In this document: piece after piece, positions 9,881-19,617 of the stretch
Numbering within the stretch: the stretch's first letter is position 1
Layout: every line of letters starts with the position of its first letter
Notes under the pieces: model-generated
Told to the model about the DNA's origin: nothing
The model's input: the letters and a program-made list of their open reading frames with translations, nothing else
The model's database searches: none
Made by a program: the position numbers and the translations under genes
NCBI GenBank assembly: GCA_963702475.1
Contig: CAVPCT010000005.1
Coordinates: 1-64,000 of the forward strand
Length of the DNA stretch: 64,000 nt
Source: an uncultured Thermoleophilia bacterium
GTDB lineage: Bacteria; Actinomycetota; Thermoleophilia; UBA2241
Direction: 5' to 3'

Positions 9881-12800
9881 TCAGGGTATGGTCACGGCCC
9901 CGTATGAGCTTGTCGCGCTAGCCGTCCACCCGCCCCACACCGCTGCGTCCGGTCGGTAGTACACGACAGCAGTGTACGTTCCAGGTGGGATCCCAGCGAG
10001 AGAGAAGGTGTCCGTGTATTCGTTGAGGGCGATATCGGGGGCGATGGAGAATCCAGCCGCATACCAGACGCCGGTAACGATGTTGATGACCCAAGCATTG
10101 AAGGCGCCGGCACCGACCGGAGTCGAGACCGTGAAGACGATACTGCCGGTGCCCGAAAGCCAGCTTGTGCCAGCGGCTGGACTCGTCACTGCAAGGGTGA
10201 GTGGTGACGTGATGGTGGCAGCCCCGACCGCGCTCGAGCCGTTTGCCGTCCATCCTCCCCACACCGAGGCGTCCGGGCGATAGTAGACCACTGCAGTGTA
10301 CGTACCGTCCGGAATGCCCGCAATTGAGAAGCTGTGCGTATAGATCGGCAAGCCGGGGACCACAGTGATAGTGGATCCCGCTGCATACCATGTACCCGTG
10401 ACAGTGTTGATGATCCATGCGTTGAAGGCACCGACGCTCACTGGACTCGAGAGCGTGAAGCCGATGCTTGGAGTGTTCGCCGGCCATGCGGTGCCGGCGG
10501 CGGGCGCCGTGACGGTGATTGTCGGTGTCAAGGCCGTGAACGTCGCCGTGATCGTGTGGGGCGCATTGACGCCCGTGAACGTGTACTGGCCGGTCGCTAC
10601 CGCCGTCGGGTCGTTGACGTTGTCGATGAGCACCGTGGCGCGCTGATAGCCGTTGTTCGGCGTGATCGTGTAGGTGAGGCTCCCGCCGATGGCGACCTGC
10701 GTCGCGCCGGCCGGTGTGATGCTGCCGCCGGGGGCCTGCGTCGCCGTGATGGTGACCGCGCCCTGCGCGAACGTCACGTTGATGGAATGAGCGGCCTGCA
10801 CGTTGGTGAACGTGTACGTCCCGTTCGTCAGCACCGCCGGGGCGCCGTCAACCGTCACCGTGTCGACGCGGAAGTTCGCGTTCGGCGTGACGGTGAACGT
10901 CTGGCTGCCGCCCCGGCCGACCACGACTGCCCCGGACGGCGAGATGGTGCCGTTGGCGCCCGCGGTGGCCGTGATGGTGAAGCTCGGACCGACCACACGG
11001 GTGTTCGAGAGCGACTGGACGGTCATCGTCGGGAACTCGGCCCCGTAGCCGACCCGGTTCTGGGCGATGACGCGGTAGTAGCGCGTCGTGATCGTCGGGT
11101 TGAACTGCGACGGGTCGGTGAAGGTCCGGGTCTGATGGACGTTCGGCTGGTCGAGCGGCGACTGGATCGTCGTGAGGGTGGTCCAGGTGCTGCCGAGGTT
11201 GGCGGACCGCTGGACGACGAACGCCGTCTCGGTGATGGAGTTGTCGTTCCAGGTGAGGACCGCCCTCTTCAGGGTCCCACCGCCGCTCAGTGTATTGGTG
11301 AGGTTGCTCGGGGCGACCGGCGGCAAGGCGAGGTTCTGCGGCCGCATCATGTCCATCTCTTCGTGGCTGAGGATGTGGCAGTGCCACACGTACTCCCAGC
11401 CGAAGTTGACGAGCTGGTTGGTGATGGGCGCCGTGGGGTTGCCCTGCGGGTCGATGTTGTTGAAGCCCTTGGTGGCTCCGGTCGGCATCATCGGGCTGAG
11501 GTTGCGGATGGCGTTGGGCAGCTCCCACGGGATCTGCGGGATGATCGGCCGCAAGGCCACGACGGTGTCCTCCAGCGGGGCGACGCGGATGGTGTCCTTC
11601 CAGCCCAGCTCAGCCGGGTCCGTGAGGATGATGATGTTGTCCCACGTCACGCGGTTGACCAGCTGGACGTCGTACAGGTGGAAGTGGATCGGGTGCGTGT
11701 CCACACCGTTGTGGGTGATGCGCCAGATCTGCGTGCCATCGCTGGCGTTGGACAGCGGCTGGATCTTGACGTCGCTCACCGGGTTGCCATCGGCGTCGTA
11801 GGTGATCGCCTCCCTGGGCAGGTTGGTGCCGTCGAGCAGCTCGGTCGCCGGGTTGATGAACGGGTACAGCGTGACGTTCTGGAGTCCAGGCGTCGGCGGC
11901 TGAGCTTCGAGGCCGAGGTTGGACTGCATGCGCCCGAACTCGTCGAACGTGGTGGAGTTCATCTCGTCGTGGATGGCTTTCGGCTGGAGCGGGATGGTGG
12001 TCTTGGTGGTCGGCGCCTTCAGCGTGTTGAAGCCGAAGGTCATGGTGTCGTTCACGCGCACCAGGCCGTCGCAGATGTTGAGCGTGCTGTTGGGGGCGTT
12101 GCAGTTGCTGCCCGTCGAGAAGCCGGTGCCGTAGGCGGAGTTGTAGGCTGCCTGACCGACGATGATGGGGTTCTGGCTGGACTCGAACACGCCGGAGCTG
12201 TCGGCCTTGTGGCTGAAGGCGTTGCGAAGCGCCGTCACGTTGAAGGCCGGGGCGGGCGCGCTTGCTGCGATCTTGACCTGCATCACGGTGCGGGTGTTGG
12301 GCCCGTATCCGGGGATCACGGTCGGGGCGCCGTTCGGGGCCAGGTCGGGTCCGCCGGTGTAGTAATCGTAGGACGGCACGCGGGCCGGGAACGCCGCGGG
12401 GGCGTCGTTGTACAGGATCAGGGTCTGGCCTGCGAATTGCGAGAAATCGACGATGACGTCGGCTCGCTCGGCCGGAGCCAGCAGCAAGGAGTGCAGGTCC
12501 ACATTGCCGACGTCGAAGCGCGTCGGGTCGGTGATCCACGTGGTGGGCTGTTGCCCGTCGACAACGGTGGGAGCCGGCAGGAAGCCGCCCTCGGTGCCGA
12601 TCTGGACCCAGTCAGGGCCGTAGGCGCTGTTGTTCGCACCGACGGGTGTCGGGAAGACCACGGGGTCGGTCTGCGCCTGCTGCAACAGCAGCGGGTCGAG
12701 TGCGACCTCACTCAGGGTGCCGGTGCTGGGGTCGGCCGTGTACCACTGCAGGTTGAAGAAGCGGTCGTTGGCCGCGTTGAGCACACGGAAGCGGTAGGTC

Positions 12801-15142
12801 CTGGGCTGGAGGGTCACCGTCGGATACGCCACCCCGTTGACGATCGGCGTGTCGTTGAACTGCTCCATGCCCGCCGCGATGTTCGGCGTGCCGGGGATCT
12901 GCTGCGGCTCGCAGAACGGGTCGGTCTGGTACGTCCACGTGGCCGGTTTGTTCAAGTCGCAGTTCGGGTCGTAGTACGGGTTTGCGATGGGACCGTATTG
13001 CGTGCCGACGGCGGGTGGCCAGAACCACGGGCCGTACATCCAGCGGCCGTAGGCGCTCATGCCGCTGGGGTCGCCCGGGTTCTGTGCGGGCATGTAGACG
13101 TGGTGGTACCACAAGTCGCCGTAGCTGCCCCACTTGGCCTTGTCCCAGGTCGGGTCTTGACCGTACGTGATGGTCTCCTGGGTGACGGGGTCCTTCACGT
13201 CGTACAGCTGCGCGTCCTGCGGCACGAACGTGCGCTCCTGGACGATCAGCGGGATGGTGTCCGCCGGGCCCGGGATGATGTTGTTGTTGACGAGCTGCTG
13301 TTCCGTCTTGTCGCCGATCAGGTAGCCGGCAGCTTCACCCACGTAGACGTTGAGGCGCGTGATGCCCCAGGCGTGGTCGTGGTAGAAGAGCAGCCGCGCA
13401 CTCTGCTGGTTGGTGTAATAGAAGGTCTGGATGCCGTCCCGAGGCTGATCCATGGGGGTCATGTCCGGGACATCCTTGACGCTGACGCCTTGCGGCCACG
13501 CGGTGTCCTCGTTGGCCGGCGTGACCCACTGGTGCGGCGTGCCGTCGGAGATCCACGGTGTGATGCCGCCGTGCAGATGGAGCGTGGCGCGGTTCTGCTT
13601 GAAGCAGTCCGGATCCTGAGGGTTGTCGGTGCACTTGGGGTTGCGCACACCGTCCATGACGGTGCCGCTGTCGGTGGGCGGCACCATGGCCACAGGACCG
13701 TCGCCTGAACCCATGAGGGTCGTGTCGACGGGAAGGAACAGGTTGCCCTCCACGCCGGTCGGCAACAGGTTGTGGAACGTGATGCGCACCGGCTTGTTCT
13801 TGGTGGCCGCGATGGTCGGGCCGAGCCACTGCGGCGGCGTGACGCCCTCGAGCTGGACGCCATTCTCCATCACCGCGTGCTGTGTGCCGTCCTTCCACTC
13901 GTTGAACAGAGGATACGTGGTGGCGCCGAGATGGGCGGCCTTCCACTCGGCCGTCGCGATCTGGACGTACCCGCGCACCAGAGCCCCGCCTGCCGGCAGG
14001 CTGGAGCTGAACCGCGTACGGTACTGCACCAGCCCTATGTCGTAGACGTCGGCCTTGATGGGCCCCCCGTTGGGCGCTGTGTAGTTCTTCTGGATGGGCG
14101 CTGCCAAGGGGATGTACTTGCCCAGGTTGTTGGCTGCGGCCGCGTCGGGACAGCTGCCAGGCACAGCCGGGTCGCACAGGCCGGGCAGGTCATCGATGAA
14201 CTTCTTGATCCCACCGGCCGTGAGGTACCCGGAGCCGGGATCGATGATCTCGATGGACGTCACACCGCCGGTGTCGACGGTGGCGGTGGCAGTCGCGCCG
14301 GTGCCGGCGCCGACGGCGTCGAAGATGGTGACGGTAGGCGCCGCGGTATAGCCGGCACCGAAGGTGTCGAGGGCGACGCTGAGCACCTTCAGCGTACACG
14401 TCGCGGTGGCGCCGAAGCCTCCGTTGGCGATCGGGTCCATGAGGGTGCCGTCGCGGATGACGACGGTGGGGGCAGAGGAGTAGCCGGATCCCGGATTGTC
14501 CAGCAAGATCGCGGCGATGGAGCCGTTGGGGCCAAGGGTCGCGTGACCCGTGGCAGGCGTGCCGTTCGGGTCATCGGGCAGGTCGAAGTCGACGGTCGGC
14601 AGCGTGTAGCCGCTACCGGGGTTGGCGAGCGTGATGGCATCGACGCCGCCGTACACGGTGCCCGTCGCCGCCGTGGTGGCTCCGCCGCCCGTGAACGAGA
14701 CGCGCGGGCTCTTGTACCCACTGCCGCCCGCGCCGACCGTGACACCTGTGACGGCCCCGGTGCCGGTGACTACCGCCCTCGCCGTGGCTCCCGCGCCAGC
14801 GCCGGCGAAGCTGACGGTGGCGGCAGTGTAGCCGGAGCCGGGGTCGGTGACAGTGATGCCGGTGATCACTCCATTGCTGCCGACCGAGGCGACAGCCGTC
14901 GCCGTGGTCTCATGCGCGCCGTTGATGGTCACTGTGACGTCGGGAAGCGTCAGCGGGCTGAGGGCCCAGTTGGGCCAAGGCCCGAAGTAGTGCGGGACCG
15001 TGGTGTTGTCAGTTGGATTCGCGGGTACGGCTTCGCCCTGGCTCATCTTCACCATGAACAGTGCGGTGAGCACCGCCACGATGACGAAGACCAGGATGCT
15101 CGCCTTTCCCAGCGAGATCCTCCTCAAGACCCGTGCGCTCAT
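9881..15142 (-). CDS. Giant secreted multicopper oxidase (MofA/OmpB-like) with GxGY repeats, FN3, two InlB-B-like repeats and two YYRPD repeats
   Basis: All four copper motifs: HLH (13571), HDH (13373), HPIHFH (11678), HCHILSHEEMDM (~11350-11383); likely start MSARVLRR at 15142 with a hydrophobic signal segment. Confidence 0.92.
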   Translation of the reverse strand: MSARVLRRISLGKASILVFVIVAVLTALFMVKMSQGEAVPANPTDNTTVPHYFGPWPNWALSPLTLPDVTVTINGAHETTATAVASVGSNGVITGITVTDPGSGYTAATVSFAGAGAGATARAVVTGTGAVTGVTVGAGGSGYKSPRVSFTGGGATTAATGTVYGGVDAITLANPGSGYTLPTVDFDLPDDPNGTPATGHATLGPNGSIAAILLDNPGSGYSSAPTVVIRDGTLMDPIANGGFGATATCTLKVLSVALDTFGAGYTAAPTVTIFDAVGAGTGATATATVDTGGVTSIEIIDPGSGYLTAGGIKKFIDDLPGLCDPAVPGSCPDAAAANNLGKYIPLAAPIQKNYTAPNGGPIKADVYDIGLVQYRTRFSSSLPAGGALVRGYVQIATAEWKAAHLGATTYPLFNEWKDGTQHAVMENGVQLEGVTPPQWLGPTIAATKNKPVRITFHNLLPTGVEGNLFLPVDTTLMGSGDGPVAMVPPTDSGTVMDGVRNPKCTDNPQDPDCFKQNRATLHLHGGITPWISDGTPHQWVTPANEDTAWPQGVSVKDVPDMTPMDQPRDGIQTFYYTNQQSARLLFYHDHAWGITRLNVYVGEAAGYLIGDKTEQQLVNNNIIPGPADTIPLIVQERTFVPQDAQLYDVKDPVTQETITYGQDPTWDKAKWGSYGDLWYHHVYMPAQNPGDPSGMSAYGRWMYGPWFWPPAVGTQYGPIANPYYDPNCDLNKPATWTYQTDPFCEPQQIPGTPNIAAGMEQFNDTPIVNGVAYPTVTLQPRTYRFRVLNAANDRFFNLQWYTADPSTGTLSEVALDPLLLQQAQTDPVVFPTPVGANNSAYGPDWVQIGTEGGFLPAPTVVDGQQPTTWITDPTRFDVGNVDLHSLLLAPAERADVIVDFSQFAGQTLILYNDAPAAFPARVPSYDYYTGGPDLAPNGAPTVIPGYGPNTRTVMQVKIAASAPAPAFNVTALRNAFSHKADSSGVFESSQNPIIVGQAAYNSAYGTGFSTGSNCNAPNSTLNICDGLVRVNDTMTFGFNTLKAPTTKTTIPLQPKAIHDEMNSTTFDEFGRMQSNLGLEAQPPTPGLQNVTLYPFINPATELLDGTNLPREAITYDADGNPVSDVKIQPLSNASDGTQIWRITHNGVDTHPIHFHLYDVQLVNRVTWDNIIILTDPAELGWKDTIRVAPLEDTVVALRPIIPQIPWELPNAIRNLSPMMPTGATKGFNNIDPQGNPTAPITNQLVNFGWEYVWHCHILSHEEMDMMRPQNLALPPVAPSNLTNTLSGGGTLKRAVLTWNDNSITETAFVVQRSANLGSTWTTLTTIQSPLDQPNVHQTRTFTDPSQFNPTITTRYYRVIAQNRVGYGAEFPTMTVQSLSNTRVVGPSFTITATAGANGTISPSGAVVVGRGGSQTFTVTPNANFRVDTVTVDGAPAVLTNGTYTFTNVQAAHSINVTFAQGAVTITATQAPGGSITPAGATQVAIGGSLTYTITPNNGYQRATVLIDNVNDPTAVATGQYTFTGVNAPHTITATFTALTPTITVTAPAAGTAWPANTPSIGFTLSSPVSVGAFNAWIINTVTGTWYAAGSTITVVPGLPIYTHSFSIAGIPDGTYTAVVYYRPDASVWGGWTANGSSAVGAATITSPLTLAVTSPAAGTSWLSGTGSIVFTVSTPVGAGAFNAWVINIVTGVWYAAGFSIAPDIALNEYTDTFSLAGIPPGTYTAVVYYRPDAAVWGGWTASATSSYGAVTIP

Positions 15143-15387
15143 CGACAACCCCCATCCCCTTGCGTCCAGGCGAGGCGCCCGGACCGCTGTCGGGAGCGCG
15201 TCGCAGCCTGCCCTTGCCGACCCAGCGCTCCCCAGTACGACTTGACGTTCGTTCTTGTGCTCCTGCCCGATCTGGGCAGGGCTCCCTCGCTGTGCCCGGC
15301 CGCGCATGATGAATCGCCGGCGGCCGGTTGTGAGCAAGCATGCCCCCAAGACAACGCCGCAAGTACTGACCAATTACCTGTCTTGAC

Positions 15388-15403
15388 CTAGACGAAAGGC
15401 ATA
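15388..15403. promoter_or_regulatory. Candidate response-regulator operator, copy A
   Basis: CTAGACGAAAGGCATA, 14/16 identical to 17667-17682; upstream of the MCO gene. Confidence 0.45.
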
Positions 15404-15532
15404 AGTTTCGAGGGTTCCGGGAGGCAAAAAGTGCGATCGCTCTGCAGGCGCGAGCAGCGTCAAGAGTATTCTTCCTGCAAAACGGGGCAAAAACAGGTGC
15501 GCCGCGGCCGGCGCGGCGCCCCCGCGCCGCGG

Positions 15533-16249
15533 TCAGTCCGCGGCCGGAGCCGGGCGGCCGCGGCGGCCCGAGTCGTCGCGCACCGTGCCGTCGGCCATCT
15601 CCAGGTGACGCGTACCCACGGCGATGAGGTGGCGGGCGTGCGTGACCATGAGGACGGTGAGCGCCCGCTCGGCGTGGATGCGCCCAAAGATGTCCATGAT
15701 CTCCGCCTCGGTCTCTTCGTCCAGGTCGCTGCTGGGCTCGTCGGCCAGGAGCAGCGACGGGGCGTTCACCAGCGCTCTGGCGATGACGACGCGCTGCTGC
15801 TGGCCGGCGGAGAGCTGCCGCGGGAGCGCGTCGGCGCGATGGCCGAGGCCGACCAGGTCCAGCAGCTCACGGGCCCGCCCGCGTGCATCGGGGTGCTCGC
15901 CGGAGCCGAAGTCGAGCGGCAGTGTGACGTTCTGTTCCAGCGAGAGTCCGGGGATCAGACTCGGGAACTGGAACACGAAGCCCATCGTGCGGTTGCGCAG
16001 GCGGCTGCGCTCGGCGTCGCTCATGCCCCACAGGTCCTCGCCGTTCACGGTGACGGTGCCGCTGCTCGGCGTGGCCAGCCCCGACGCGACGTTCAGCAAG
16101 GTCGTCTTGCCACATCCGGAGCGGCCGGTGATGACGAGGAACTCGCCGGACTCCACGTCAAGGTCCACGTCGCGGAGCGCCGCGAACGACGCGGCGCCAC
16201 CGTACGACTTGCCCACTCCCCGCAACGAGACCGCCGACATGCCCCTCAC
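15533..16249 (-). CDS. ABC transporter ATP-binding protein (LolD/MacB type)
   Basis: Walker A GRSGCGKT, signature LSAGQQQR, Walker B LLLADEP, VTH switch. Confidence 0.95.
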   Translation of the reverse strand: MRGMSAVSLRGVGKSYGGAASFAALRDVDLDVESGEFLVITGRSGCGKTTLLNVASGLATPSSGTVTVNGEDLWGMSDAERSRLRNRTMGFVFQFPSLIPGLSLEQNVTLPLDFGSGEHPDARGRARELLDLVGLGHRADALPRQLSAGQQQRVVIARALVNAPSLLLADEPSSDLDEETEAEIMDIFGRIHAERALTVLMVTHARHLIAVGTRHLEMADGTVRDDSGRRGRPAPAAD

Positions 16250-17448
16250 TCCCTCATGGAGACGGCCGGCTCCTGGCGCGAGGCGCGGTACGCCGGCACG
16301 AAGGCGGCGGCCGCGGCGACGGCGAGAGCGATGAGCAGACCCACGACGATCAGCCCGATGAGACTCAGGAGCGACGGCAGCAGGATCGGGAAGCCGAGCG
16401 CCGACACGAGCAGGTTGCGGAACAGGTACATGACCACGGCGGCCAGCGCGGCGCCCACGAGGCCGCCGGCGAGCGCCAGCAGACCCGCCTCGGTCATGTA
16501 CGCAAGGAGCACGTACCGCTGCGTCGCGCCGAGCGCCCGCAGCACGCCGATCTGCCGGCGCCGGTCGTGCACCGACATCCAGAAGATGACCGCCATGAGG
16601 GCCAGCGACAGCACCACGGTGAGGACGATGACCACGACCAGCGTGCGCAGCACGCCCGAGATCTGCGTGCCGTACGACCCGAACAGCTCCGCCGCCGGCA
16701 CGGCGTCGACCTCCGGCATGGCCGCCGCGATGTCCGCGGCCACCTGGTAGCGGTCGGCGCCGGCGTCGACCTTCACCAGCACCGAGGACACGTTGTCGGA
16801 CAGCACCGGCAGCTCCATCTTCGCCTTGGTACGCGAGGCGACCGCCATGGCGTCGGCTGTGGGGAACGTCATGAACAGGGTCTGGTCGAGGTTGGTGCCG
16901 GTGGCCTCCAGGTTGCCGACCAGGTCGAAGTCGTAGCCGTACAGCTTGATGTACTCCTGGTCGGCGGGCACGAACACGTCGGAGCCGCCGATCGCCTGAC
17001 CCTCACTGAGATCGCGTCCCAGCTTCTCCGCGAGCCACGGCTCGATGGTGAAATCGGTGACCGGGTCGAACGCGTACATGAACATGAGAGACACGGAGCA
17101 GCAGGAGGAATTGGCCATGGACGTGAGGTAGAGCTGAGGCGACGCGACGGCGACCCCCGGGACGTCGCGGACGCCGTCGACCACGGCGCGAGGCATGTAG
17201 GTGTTGGTCGCGTTGCCCAGGAGCAGCGCTCCCTCGATGCCCATCACCGCGCCGCGCGGGACCACGACGACGTCGGCGCCGAGGCGCTGGCGGGCGAGCC
17301 GCAGGCTCTCCTGCCCGCCGCGCGAGATGATGACGGTGGACATCACCATGCCGGCGACGAGCAGCGCGCAGAGGGCCACCAGCCAGCTGCGCAGCGGGTT
17401 GCCGGCTATGCCGGTGATGGCGATGCGGACGAGACTGCGAGGCCTCAG
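16246..17448 (-). CDS. ABC transporter permease (MacB/FtsX-like)
   Basis: One N-terminal TM, large external domain containing NSSCCS, RRRQIGVLRALGA loop, three C-terminal TMs. The frame is open upstream of GTG 17379 to a CTG at 17448 with an RBS. Confidence 0.9.
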   Translation of the reverse strand: MRPRSLVRIAITGIAGNPLRSWLVALCALLVAGMVMSTVIISRGGQESLRLARQRLGADVVVVPRGAVMGIEGALLLGNATNTYMPRAVVDGVRDVPGVAVASPQLYLTSMANSSCCSVSLMFMYAFDPVTDFTIEPWLAEKLGRDLSEGQAIGGSDVFVPADQEYIKLYGYDFDLVGNLEATGTNLDQTLFMTFPTADAMAVASRTKAKMELPVLSDNVSSVLVKVDAGADRYQVAADIAAAMPEVDAVPAAELFGSYGTQISGVLRTLVVVIVLTVVLSLALMAVIFWMSVHDRRRQIGVLRALGATQRYVLLAYMTEAGLLALAGGLVGAALAAVVMYLFRNLLVSALGFPILLPSLLSLIGLIVVGLLIALAVAAAAAFVPAYRASRQEPAVSMRE

Positions 17449-17657
17449 GTCCGCCCCTTTCTCGATGGACTGCGCCTACCGGCCGTGCCGGGACGTCTCA
17501 CGAGCGCTCCCCTCTGCCGACGCGACGACCGGGAGGATCGCCTGCGGCACCCTGTGCCGGAGTCTCAGCCCCACGGCGTGCAGGGTTTCGTGCACATGGT
17601 ACCGCCGATCCGGGCCGCCGTGCAGCTCGCGCGACTGTTGGAGGTTGACGGACGGCC

Positions 17658-17682
17658 TATGCTTGGCTGGACGAAAAGCATA
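17658..17682. promoter_or_regulatory. Candidate operator, copy B, in the divergent permease/sensor intergenic region
   Basis: CTGGACGAAAAGCATA embedded in the inverted repeat TATGCTT-N11-AAGCATA. Confidence 0.45.
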
Positions 17683-17758
17683 CGCCCCACCGACGTGCGC
17701 GAAAAGGGCGTGCCGCGTCGGCCAAGGTTCCCTGCCACTCGACCTCGATGGACGAAAA

Positions 17759-19616
17759 GTGAACGCCCCGGTCATCGTCATGGCCGTCACGGCCGGTATC
17801 TGCCTCTTCGCGGCGCTGATGAACGGCCTCGACGGACTGTCGCGGCGTCCGCGCGACAAGGTGCGCATCACCTTCGCGCTGCAGGCGCTCGCGGTGACGG
17901 CCGGCGCCCTGTCGGTCATCGCCGTGTACAGCGCGGACGCACCCGGGCAGCACATGGCCGCGATGCGCTGGGGGCTGTTTCCCTCGGGCGCCGCGTGGAC
18001 GATCGCCAGCGTGTGGCTCGTGGCCTTCTACACGGGCGTACGGCCCTTGAAGGCGCTCCTTCCCCTGACTGCAGGCCTCTGCGCGTTCGTCGTGGTGGAC
18101 CTCGCTCTGCCCACCGGGCTGCTGCACGACAGCGTCGGCGCCATCACCACCAGCAGCCTGGCGGGCTCCAAGGTGTCGTCCGTCGTCATGCCCCAGCCGC
18201 ACCCGTTGAACCCGGCCGCCGAGTTGCTCACGCTGGCCGCGTTCGTCTTCATGCTGTACGCGGCCTGGAGGGTCTACCACCGCGGCGAGCAACGCAGAGG
18301 CCTGGTCGTCGGGCTCATCATGGCCGCCCTGCTCGCGGTGAGCGTGTTCGACGCGCTCCACGCCTACGGCGTCGTGTGGGACGTCTACCTCACGCAGCTC
18401 GCCTTCACCGCGTTCGTGGTCGCCGTGAGCGTCGCGCTGCGCCGACAGTCCTCGCGCACTCGAGCGCGAGCTGGTCGCCTATCGGGGGCGCCTGGAGGCT
18501 GTGGTCGACGAGCGCATGCACGACCTCGAAGACGCGCACGAGCGACTCGCCGAGGAGTCGCGGCGGCGCCTGGCCGCGGCGGCGGCGCTGCGCCGCAGGG
18601 TCGCCGATCTCGACGGCCTCCAGCGCATCTCGCGGATCCTGGCCGATCGCAGCGATCTCGACGCGGCGCTGCACGAGGTCGCCCCCAGCGTCGCTGCATT
18701 CCTGGAGGCGGACGACGTGCGCGTCGTGCTCACGAGCGCCACGGCCGACGCCGTCGGCGAGACGACCGACGGGCGTTCCGGCCCGCACCTCGTGCCCGCG
18801 GAGAGCGCGCTCGTCGTTCCCCTCGTGGCGCGCGGTCACACGCTGGGCGCACTCCACATCTCCCGTGCCGGCGGCGAGCCGTTCAGCCAGCACCAGCGCG
18901 GGCTGGCGCAGACGGTGGCCGACGACATCGCGGCGGCCGTGGAGAACGAGGTGCTGCACGCGCAGCAGACGCGGGCCGCGACCGAGGAGGAGCGGCAACG
19001 CCTGGCACGTGAGCTGCATGACGCTGTGGCGCAGACCGTGTACTCGGCGGCCCTCATCGCCGAGGCGCTCCCCGCGGTGTGGGAGCGCGACCAGCGCGAG
19101 GGCCGCGAGAACACCGTGCGTCTCCAGCGGCTCACCCGGGCGGCGCTCGCGGAGACCCGGGCGCTCCTCTTCGAGTTGCGCCCGGCGGCCCTGGAGGCGG
19201 CGCCGCTGGAGTCGCTCCTGGAGCGGCTCGGCGACGCGGTGGCCGGTCAGTTCGGCGGCGCGGTCACCGTGGACGCGGCCGAAGGGCTGGACCTGCCGCC
19301 CGACGTCAAGCTCGCCTTCTACCGCGTCGCCCAGGAGGCGTTCGCCAACGTCGTCAAGCACGCCCGGGCGAGCGCCGTCCACCTCGCGCTCCGCAGGGCA
19401 CGGGACGGCGCCGTGGTCCTCACGGTCGCCGACGACGGCGGCGGCTTCGACCCCGGCGCCGTGCGCGCCACCAGCATGGGCGTCCGCATGATGCACGAGC
19501 GCATGGAGAACCTCGGCGCCACGCTTGTCCTCGACACCAGCCCAGGGGAGGGCACCACCATCACCGCCGTCTGGCCGGGCGCGGCAGCCGGCCGGGCGGC
19601 ACAGGAGACGATGTGA
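17759..19616 (+). CDS. Membrane sensor histidine kinase (multi-TM + GAF + HisKA_3 + HATPase), one frameshift near 18460
   Basis: About 7 hydrophobic segments in ORF 17201; ARELHDAVAQ H-box, QEAFANVVKHA, DDGGGFD and GEGT in ORF 18501; removing one base joins them. Confidence 0.9.
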
Positions 19617-19617
19617 C

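Noticed and set aside
10334-19491. Very long alternative ORFs (10334..13708 +, 13772..15391 +, 16567..19491 +) and similar ones elsewhere
   Set aside because: Antisense or off-frame shadows of real high-GC genes; Arg/Gly/Val-rich with no motifs.
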